In this document: piece after piece, positions 56,357 to 64,000 of the stretch
Numbering within the stretch: the stretch's first letter is position 1
Layout of the letters: the number at the start of each line of letters is the position of its first letter
Assembly (NCBI GenBank): GCA_049325335.1
Contig: JBMOMC010000001.1
Span: forward strand, 468,193-532,192
Origin: Nitrospirota bacterium
GTDB lineage: Bacteria; Nitrospirota; Nitrospiria; 2-01-FULL-66-17
Reading direction: 5' to 3'
Length of the DNA: 64,000 nt
Position numbers and translations under genes: made by a program
Notes under the pieces: generated by a model
Seen by the model: the letters and a program-made list of their open reading frames with translations, nothing else
Told to the model about the DNA's origin: nothing
Databases searched by the model: none

Positions 56357-58309
56357 TCAACAACCCGGATCGGTCGGCAGTGAATACACTTCCGGGCCTG
56401 AAAGCTCGGTGGAACGGTACGGCCGCTTCTGGACCAGGTAGCCGTACCACTGCCTCGCCGAGTCCACGAGGATCACCACCGCGAGGATCGCCACCACGGC
56501 CACGAGGGCGGCGTCCAGCCGGAAGTTGAACACGGCGTTGGCCGTGGTCGCGGCCGTGGCCTTGGCCGAGAATACGTTAAAGAGTTGCCAGGACGCGGTC
56601 AGCGTGATGGTCCCGACAAAGAGCATCGGCACCACCGTGATCCAGATGTGCCAAGGTTTGCCCATCTTGATGAGCAAGGTCGTGCCCACGCACAAGGCCA
56701 GTGTGCCCAAAAGCTGGTTGGCCGCCCCGAACATCGGCCAGATCGTGGCGATGGTGCCGTTGGCGATGAGATAGCCCCAGGCCGCCACCACCAGGCCGCT
56801 CGACAGCATCGCCCCCGGCGTCCAATTCAGATCCGCGAAGCGCGGCCATGCGGTGCGCCCCATCTCTTGGATCAAATAGCGCGCCACGCGCGTACCCGCG
56901 TCAATGGTGGTGAGAATAAACAACGCCTCAAAAAGCAACGCGAATTGATACCAGTAGGCAATCAGCCCCCGCAATCCCGGCACCGCCGCGAAAATCGACG
57001 CCATACCCACGGCGAGCGACACCGCGCCCCCGGGTCGACCTTCCACGTTGGTTTCAACCATGCGCGAGAACTCCCCCACTTCCACCGGCGCAAACCCCAA
57101 CGCGGTCAGTTGCTCGGGCGGCAATGTGGTGTTGATCGCAAAATAGTCGCCGGGGATGAGGATCGTGGCCGCGATCAGCGCCATCACCCCGACAAAACTC
57201 TCCATGAGCATGGCGCCGTACCCGACCAACGCGTGCCCCTCGCGCTCGATCATTTTGGGCGTGGTGCCGGAACACACCAGCGAGTGGAACCCGGAGATCG
57301 CGCCGCACGCGATGGTGATAAACACGAAGGGAAACAACGTGCCCGGGATGATAGGTCCGCCGCCCGCCACGAACGCAGTGGTCGCGGGCATCTGGATCTC
57401 CGGCGCCATGGCCACCACCCCGGCCGCGAGCAGGATCACCACGCCCACCTTCATAAACGACGAGAGATAATCGCGCGGCGCCAGCAGCAGCCAGACCGGC
57501 AACACCGACGCCAAGAACCCGTACCCCGCGAGCCACCACACCAGACTCTCGCGGCTCAGATCGAACAGACCTCCCAACGGCGTGGCTGCGAGGGGTCGGC
57601 CCAGAATCAACGCCGTAAGCAGCAAAGCCACGCCGATGATCGACACCTCGCCCACACGGCCCGGGCGCCAGCGCTGCAGGTACACGCCCATGAACAGGGC
57701 GATGGGCACCGTCAACGCCAGGGTCAACGTCCCCCACGGGTTGTGCGCGAGCGCGTTGACCACGGCCAACCCCAAACCCGCGAGCGCCACGACTACGATG
57801 AAGAGCACCGCGATCGCGGTGGCCAGCCCGGTGACCGCGCCCACTTCGTCGCGCGCGATCTGCGGGAGTGAGCGGCCGTTGCGGCGTAACGACCCGACCA
57901 GGATCACGAAGTCCTGCACCGCGCCCGCGACCACCGCGCCGATGACCAACCAGAGAAACCCCGGCAAATACCCGAACTGCGCGGCCAGCACCGGCCCCAA
58001 TAAGGGCCCCGCGCCCGCGATCGCGGCAAAGTGGTGTCCGAACAAGACGAACCGGTGCGTGGGATGGAAGTTCTTCCCGTCGTTGAGCCGGTGCGCGGGC
58101 GTGATCCGACGGTTGTCGAGGCCCACCACCCGCCCCAAGAACCTGCCGTAGAACCGAAACGCGAGGACGTAAAAACACGAAGCCGCCACCACCAACCAGA
58201 GCGCGTTGACGTTCTCTTCCGGACGCACCAATCCGGTCACGAACGCAAACGCAATTGCGCATAGAACCGCAATCGCGGCCCAGAATACGTGTGTGAGAAT
58301 GGCAGGCAT
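56357..58309 (-). CDS. cstA: carbon starvation protein A family transporter
   Basis: FGHHFAAIAGAGP, PVWLLLAPRDYLS, FITIACGAISGFH, IWPMFGAANQLL. Confidence 0.96.
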   Translation of the reverse strand: MPAILTHVFWAAIAVLCAIAFAFVTGLVRPEENVNALWLVVAASCFYVLAFRFYGRFLGRVVGLDNRRITPAHRLNDGKNFHPTHRFVLFGHHFAAIAGAGPLLGPVLAAQFGYLPGFLWLVIGAVVAGAVQDFVILVGSLRRNGRSLPQIARDEVGAVTGLATAIAVLFIVVVALAGLGLAVVNALAHNPWGTLTLALTVPIALFMGVYLQRWRPGRVGEVSIIGVALLLTALILGRPLAATPLGGLFDLSRESLVWWLAGYGFLASVLPVWLLLAPRDYLSSFMKVGVVILLAAGVVAMAPEIQMPATTAFVAGGGPIIPGTLFPFVFITIACGAISGFHSLVCSGTTPKMIEREGHALVGYGAMLMESFVGVMALIAATILIPGDYFAINTTLPPEQLTALGFAPVEVGEFSRMVETNVEGRPGGAVSLAVGMASIFAAVPGLRGLIAYWYQFALLFEALFILTTIDAGTRVARYLIQEMGRTAWPRFADLNWTPGAMLSSGLVVAAWGYLIANGTIATIWPMFGAANQLLGTLALCVGTTLLIKMGKPWHIWITVVPMLFVGTITLTASWQLFNVFSAKATAATTANAVFNFRLDAALVAVVAILAVVILVDSARQWYGYLVQKRPYRSTELSGPEVYSLPTDPGC

Positions 58310-58430
58310 GTAACTCGTGATGGTAGCGGACGGGTCAGCGCAAAGTCAAAACAAACCTCGTTTTCCGCCGGTTTGACGCGCCTCACCGCCGCGTGCTAGC
58401 GTGCCGTTCGGAACGGCGAGGGGTATCACG

Positions 58431-58943
58431 GTGAGACTGGTTCGCCTGGTGACGTTTCTCGCGACCATTGCATGGTCCGCCACGCTCGTGGCCGGGGAAC
58501 CGCTCGCTCAGACCATTCGGTTCGACGTCACGGATCCGCGCGATGAGATCACCCGGGACATCGACGCGGCGCTCATGCTCCGGGTGGTGCGCGTCCGACA
58601 CGAACGGGGTTCGCGCGTCGGCTGGGAAGTTCAGGTCGTGGAGCGGGCCCGTCTCAACCGCAGGAACAACCTGTTACGCGACCACCCATCCTCCGGCGGC
58701 CCGCACCCATCCGACGTCCTGGCTTGGCTCAGCCGCGAGCGCCGGTTCCCGGATGATCGGACCTTGCGCATTCCGGGCCAACCGTACGAGATCCGAATTC
58801 GCCTGATCGACTGCCGCACCGAACAAATCGGCGACGACGCCTCCTTCGTGTCGGGAACCATCGAGATCAGTTGGCGCCGCCTGGATCTGGCCGGCGCGTG
58901 GGCACTCCAAAAGCTTAGCTCTGTTATTGACCAATCGTTCTAA
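58431..58943 (+). CDS. hypothetical exported protein
   Basis: GAGGGG RBS, GTG start, signal-peptide-like N-terminus, beta-rich body. Confidence 0.6.
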   Translation: MRLVRLVTFLATIAWSATLVAGEPLAQTIRFDVTDPRDEITRDIDAALMLRVVRVRHERGSRVGWEVQVVERARLNRRNNLLRDHPSSGGPHPSDVLAWLSRERRFPDDRTLRIPGQPYEIRIRLIDCRTEQIGDDASFVSGTIEISWRRLDLAGAWALQKLSSVIDQSF

Positions 58944-58956
58944 TACGTGGTATACG
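58927..58956 (+). promoter_or_regulatory. promoter with overlapping imperfect palindrome, putative TetR operator
   Basis: TTGACC-AATC-GTTCTA over the -35 box, TG-G-TATACG -10; resembles NemR-type TAGACC-N4-GGTCTA. Confidence 0.5.
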
Positions 58957-58978
58957 TGCGCGTCCCCAGAGCCGTTGT

Positions 58979-59563
58979 ATGCCGCGCCCCAAAAAATTTA
59001 ATTCTGACGAAGCGATCGAGAAGGCGATGCACGTCTTCTGGCACAGGGGCTACGAAGCCGCGTCGATCGAAGACTTGCTGGACGCCATGGACATCAATCG
59101 CGGCTCGCTCTACGCCACGTTCGGCAGCAAACGCGACCTGTTCCTGAAGGCGATGGACCACTACTGCGGCGAAGGCGGCGTGGGCAATCGGTTTTCCATC
59201 CTGCAGCAACCTGGGCCGGCAATGCCTCTGGTCCGCCAGTTTGTTGATGCCATAGCGGATTTCGTCCTGTCCGATCCTCTGCGCCGCGGCTGCCTAATCA
59301 CCAACACGGTGATGGAACTGGCCCCGCACGACAAGAACATCGGCAAGAAAGTCTCGGGACGAGTCCATATGCTGGAAAATGCCTTCTTCAAGCTGCTCAT
59401 GCGTGCACAGCGGGAGGGCGACCTAAGCAAAGACAAAGACCCGCTTGCGTTGGCGCGCGTGCTGCTCACGATGATGCAGGGCATGATCGTGATGGTCAAA
59501 GCCGGCACACCGACCGCCGTGGTGAGGCAGACCGTCAAGACGGCGCTCTCGATCCTGGAGTGA
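58979..59563 (+). CDS. TetR/AcrR family regulator (NemR/ComR-like)
   Basis: MPRPKKF, FWHRGYEAASI, SLYATFGSK, GCLITN. Confidence 0.93.
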   Translation: MPRPKKFNSDEAIEKAMHVFWHRGYEAASIEDLLDAMDINRGSLYATFGSKRDLFLKAMDHYCGEGGVGNRFSILQQPGPAMPLVRQFVDAIADFVLSDPLRRGCLITNTVMELAPHDKNIGKKVSGRVHMLENAFFKLLMRAQREGDLSKDKDPLALARVLLTMMQGMIVMVKAGTPTAVVRQTVKTALSILE

Positions 59564-59651
59564 ACGGCATCCATGAGCTGCTGGCAGGCCGAGAACGCGA
59601 TGGACGGAACGAGACCCGAGGCTGCCCTCGGAAGAAAGGAGACGCGCTCCG

Positions 59652-59939
59652 ATGTTTATCGTCCTGCTCAAATTTTCCGACAACAAAGGTCAAGCCAGCC
59701 AATTCATGGACGGACACAAAAAATGGATCACACGCGGTTTTGACGACGGCGTATTTTTGTTGGTCGGCAGCCTTCAGCCGAACTTGGGCGGTGGGATTGT
59801 AGCCCATAACATCTCGCGGCAGGATCTGCAGCAACGGGTGAACGACGACTCATTTGTCGCGCAGGACGTCGTGAGCGTAGACATTCTCGAAATTACGCCA
59901 TGGAACGCCGATGAACGACTCAAATTTCTACTCGCCTGA
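59652..59939 (+). CDS. YciI family protein
   Basis: HKKWI...GVFLLVGS...GG...DDSF; AAAGGAG RBS. Confidence 0.85.
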   Translation: MFIVLLKFSDNKGQASQFMDGHKKWITRGFDDGVFLLVGSLQPNLGGGIVAHNISRQDLQQRVNDDSFVAQDVVSVDILEITPWNADERLKFLLA

Positions 59940-60588
59940 TTCGCGGCCGTCCGCTTTTCGATATCAGGACAACACGCATGAGCACAACGTCACGGGTCCC
60001 GACGGCAACACGCGTTGCCGCTGGTGCGGCGCCGCACCGGAGTTCTTGGCTTATCACGATACCGGGTGGGGTTTTCCGGTCGACGATGATCGACGCTTAT
60101 TCGAGAAATTGAGTCTGGAGGGCTTTCAATCCGGACTGAGCTGGCGCACCATCCTCGCCAAGCGCGAGAACTTCCGCGCCGCGTTCCATGACTTCGATTT
60201 CGACCGGATCGCGCGTTTCACCCGGCACGACGTCGACCGTCTGCTCAAGGACGACGGGATCGTTCGTCACCGCGGCAAGATCGAGGCGGTCATCAACAAT
60301 GCGCAACGGGCCCAGGCACTCGTCAGACGGGAAGGCTCACTGGCAGCCTTCATCTGGCGTTACGAACCCGACATGACGCACCTCACGGAACCGGAGACCG
60401 CCTCGACCTCGGTGGAATCGCTGGCCCTGTCGAAGGATCTGAAAAGGCAAGGCTGGAAATTCGTCGGACCCACCACCGTGTATGCCTTCATGCAAGCCAT
60501 GGGGCTGGTCAACGATCATGTTGCGGACTGCGTGATCCGAGCCAAGGTCGAGCGCGCACGGAAGAATTTCAGGCGGCCGAGGAGCTGA
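59911..60588 (+). CDS. tag: DNA-3-methyladenine glycosylase I (probable frameshift near native start 59978)
   Basis: RCRW, YHDTGWG, LEGFQSGLSW, IVRHRGKI, FVGPTTVYAFMQAMGLVNDH..C. Confidence 0.9.
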   Translation: MNDSNFYSPDSRPSAFRYQDNTHEHNVTGPDGNTRCRWCGAAPEFLAYHDTGWGFPVDDDRRLFEKLSLEGFQSGLSWRTILAKRENFRAAFHDFDFDRIARFTRHDVDRLLKDDGIVRHRGKIEAVINNAQRAQALVRREGSLAAFIWRYEPDMTHLTEPETASTSVESLALSKDLKRQGWKFVGPTTVYAFMQAMGLVNDHVADCVIRAKVERARKNFRRPRS

Positions 60589-60608
60589 TCGCCGCGAGGA
60601 GGAGCACG

Positions 60609-61499
60609 ATGTATACGATCACGGGAGCAACTGGCAACACGGGAAGACGCATTGCCGAGGCGTTGTTAGACGGGGGGAGGCAGGTCCGCGTCGTGGGACG
60701 GAACATGGAGCGGCTCAAGGGCTTGGTCGCACGTGGCGCCGAGCCGTTTGTGGCGTCGCTGGACGACGTGGCCGCGATAACACGCGCGTTGCGGGGCGCT
60801 CGTGCAGCCTATCTGATGATTCCCCCTTCCTACGGCGAGCCAGATTTTCGCGCGTATCAAAATCGGGTGGGCCACGCCTTGGCGGAAGCGGTCTCGGCCG
60901 CGCGGGTTTTGCACGTCGTTAACCTCAGCAGCGTGGGGGCGCATCTGGCGGAACGGGTCGGGCCGATCAACGGGCTGCACGATCAGGAACAGCGCCTGAA
61001 CCGCCTTGCCGACGTGCATGTCCTGCACCTGCGTCCAGTGTCCTTTATGGAGAACGTGCTCTTCAACATCAACCTGATCAAACAGGCTGGGATCAACGGC
61101 ACGCCGTTACGGGCGGATTTGGCGATTCCCATGATCGCGGCTCAAGACATCGCCGCGGTCGCCGCTCGGCGTCTGCTCGCGCTCGATTTTTCCGGGAAGA
61201 CCACGAAGGAACTCCTTGGCCCCCGCGAAATATCGATGGCAGAAGCCACACACATCATCGGGAAGGCAATCGGGAAGCCTGATCTGCCCTACGTCCAATT
61301 TCCGTACGACGAAGCGGAAAAGGCGATGATCGGAACCGGGATGTCCCCGAACGTGGCGCGTGCGTTCGTTGAGATGTATCGGGCGTTCAACGAGGGACTC
61401 CTGCGCCAGACCGAGCCTCGCTCGGCGGCCAACACCACGCCCACATCGTTCGACGCGTTCGTCAGGACATTCGCCGCGGCATACGCCGCCAAGACCTAG
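60609..61499 (+). CDS. NmrA-like NAD(P)-binding protein
   Basis: ITGATGNTG, VVNLSS, LRPVSFMEN, IAAQDIA; GAGGAGG RBS. Confidence 0.93.
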   Translation: MYTITGATGNTGRRIAEALLDGGRQVRVVGRNMERLKGLVARGAEPFVASLDDVAAITRALRGARAAYLMIPPSYGEPDFRAYQNRVGHALAEAVSAARVLHVVNLSSVGAHLAERVGPINGLHDQEQRLNRLADVHVLHLRPVSFMENVLFNINLIKQAGINGTPLRADLAIPMIAAQDIAAVAARRLLALDFSGKTTKELLGPREISMAEATHIIGKAIGKPDLPYVQFPYDEAEKAMIGTGMSPNVARAFVEMYRAFNEGLLRQTEPRSAANTTPTSFDAFVRTFAAAYAAKT

Positions 61500-61537
61500 C
61501 CACCGTTCTGGTCGTCATGGTCAGGGGAAACAGACCG

Positions 61538-61562
61538 GCCGTGACGCCTCCGGCGTCACGGC
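61538..61562. terminator. 11-bp-stem hairpin between convergent genes
   Basis: GCCGTGACGCC-TCC-GGCGTCACGGC; only a short T tail. Confidence 0.4.
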
Positions 61563-61708
61563 TTGCGCCGACCGATCGAGAGTAGCGTCCTCTTCTTTCC
61601 GATATCGTGTGATGTCCGTGCGCGCAGCTCCTCAACAAACGCCGATCGGCTACCGTATCCGTTGTCGAAACACTGAGCTCTAACTTCGTGGGCTCGGAGC
61701 GGATGTTC

Positions 61709-62665
61709 TCAAGATCCAACCTTTATCAACCCCTTGAACGGGGGCTGGTCGTTCAGCACGTTCTCGATCACCGCACCGTGCCAAGCCATCAGATCCCAGA
61801 GCGGCTCGGGCCGTTCGACCGCGGCCGCGCCCAGCACACCGATAGCCTGGATCAACCGGTACACCGCCAACTCAGTCGGCCAGTCCGATACGCCATAACT
61901 ATCGAGCATCGGCGCCTCATACGCGGGATATCGGACCGCGGCCTCGTGCAGGTGCAGCAGATCGCACGCTGCGTGGCCCGACCACGCCCACTCCAGATCG
62001 AAGCAACCCGAAAGCCGCGGCGTCGGCAACACGTCGTATTGCAGGTTCCCGAAGTGAAAGTCTCCGTGCAGGAACACCCGCGTCGGGGACGCCGGAAGCA
62101 TCCCGACGCGCTCGCGCATCCACGCGCGGGCCCGCTCGGCCCACGCCGGCGCATACCCCAACCGCGTCTCGCAGCGGGCCACCAAGCTCCCGAACCACGC
62201 CTGACAATAATCCCGCCACACTTGGCCGCGATGGTGCGCCTCGATCAATGCTCCCTCAGGATCAGCGAAGGTGTGCAACCGACGCAGCAACGCGCCGACT
62301 TGCACCAACAACCCGTCGCGCACCGGATCAGGCAGACGCTCGATGTCGGCCCCCAGGTTGAACCCGGGCAAACGCGGCAGCAACGCATATTCGTCGGCAA
62401 TCAGGTCCCGCGCGGGATCGACGTGGTACGCGTTGGCAATCGGCAACCCCGGCGCACGATCCCACAGCCATCGATACACCGCGGCCTCGTGCGCCAGCTT
62501 GCCCCTCCCGCCCTCCATATCCACCCGGCACACCCACGCCGTCCCGTCCTCCAGCTCAAATACGAACGACCGGTTGATGACTCCGCCCGCCACAGGCGTC
62601 AAACTCCGAACCTTCGGCAGCCCAAAGCTGGCGGTCATCTGATTCGCCGTAATGAGACTGATCAC
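61709..62665 (-). CDS. aminoglycoside phosphotransferase (APH)-like kinase
   Basis: GGVINRSF, LLRRLH, LHGDFHFGN, FDLEWA...DL. Confidence 0.88.
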   Translation of the reverse strand: MISLITANQMTASFGLPKVRSLTPVAGGVINRSFVFELEDGTAWVCRVDMEGGRGKLAHEAAVYRWLWDRAPGLPIANAYHVDPARDLIADEYALLPRLPGFNLGADIERLPDPVRDGLLVQVGALLRRLHTFADPEGALIEAHHRGQVWRDYCQAWFGSLVARCETRLGYAPAWAERARAWMRERVGMLPASPTRVFLHGDFHFGNLQYDVLPTPRLSGCFDLEWAWSGHAACDLLHLHEAAVRYPAYEAPMLDSYGVSDWPTELAVYRLIQAIGVLGAAAVERPEPLWDLMAWHGAVIENVLNDQPPFKGLIKVGS

Positions 62666-62735
62666 GAATGAATATGGATGAGGTTTTTCGGCCGCTGAGA
62701 ACCGTGCAGATGTCAGACGGCCGAGGCGGCGAAGG

Positions 62736-63397
62736 CTACGCCTTCGCCGCCTCGGAGCGCATCGCGGCAATCGACTTCGCATAATCGCGCTTCCCGAAAA
62801 TCGCCGATCCCGCCACAAACACTTCCGCCCCCGCCTTCCGCAACGCGTTGGCGTTCTCGGGTTTGACCCCGCCGTCCACCTCGAGCAACACATGCGGCGC
62901 AATCGCGTCGATCAGCTTGCGCGCGGCCTTGAGCTTGTCCAACACAAACGGGATGAAGGTCTGACCCCCGAAGCCGGGGTTGACCGACATCACCAACAAC
63001 AGATCGATATCCGCCAAGATGGGCTCGACCAACGACAACGAGGTGGCTGGGTTGAGCGACACCCCGGCCTTCACACCTTTCTCTTTGATCAATTGCACGG
63101 TGCGGTGCAGGTGGGGACAGGCTTCCACGTGCACGGTGAGATAGTTGCTCCCCGCTTCAGCGAATTCCGGGATCAATGCGTCGGCATCGTGGATCATCAG
63201 GTGGACGTCCAGTGGCAACTCCGTGACGCGGCGTGCCGCTTCCACGATCATCGGGCCCACCGTGAGATTGGGCACGAACTGCCCGTCCATCACGTCGACG
63301 TGGATCAGGTCCGCGCCAGCCGTTTCCACGTCCCGAATCTCCTGTCCCAGGATGGTGAAGTCGGCGGACAGGATCGACGGCGCAATCTGCAGCGGTT

Positions 63398-63401
<4 letters not shown>
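62736..63401 (-). CDS. rpe: ribulose-phosphate 3-epimerase
   Basis: IAPSILSADF, HVDVMDG, DVHLMI, MSVNPGFGGQ, EVDGG, VAGSAIF. Confidence 0.98.

Positions 63402-64000
<599 letters not shown>

Noticed and set aside
61500..61700. Integron attC site or gene cassette
   Set aside because: A hairpin is present but no matched RYYYAAC/GTTRRRY ends and no integrase

Overview
GC-rich bacterial chromosomal segment (GC judged by eye, not computed). Gene content and protein style suggest Nitrospirota or a related Gram-negative lineage (inference). Housekeeping and transport genes include dinB, ybbP-ybbA/tesA, an M32 carboxypeptidase, secA, cutA, mazG, a TolC-MFP-RND efflux operon, der, cstA, tag, rpe and a partial rsmB. 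These flank an ~18.5 kb minus-strand type IV filament region (27804-46232). It has two complete motor/platform sets but only one secretin and one pilin set. One set is a permuted MSHA-like locus whose PilX/MshP-like pilin carries two tandem phage-virion-like beta repeats, followed by an Ig-like adhesin. Other notable items: a catalytically degenerate M1-peptidase/Omp85-barrel fusion; a papain/alpha-beta-hydrolase fusion beside mazG; a TMTC-like glycosyltransferase; a sigma54-driven 69-aa orphan ORF; a 63-bp REP-like palindrome inserted in frame in der; a 172-bp MITE-like element; and several decayed genes. No rRNA, tRNA, CRISPR array, transposase, integrase or reverse transcriptase was recognised. 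All calls rest on motif recognition by eye, without database searches.
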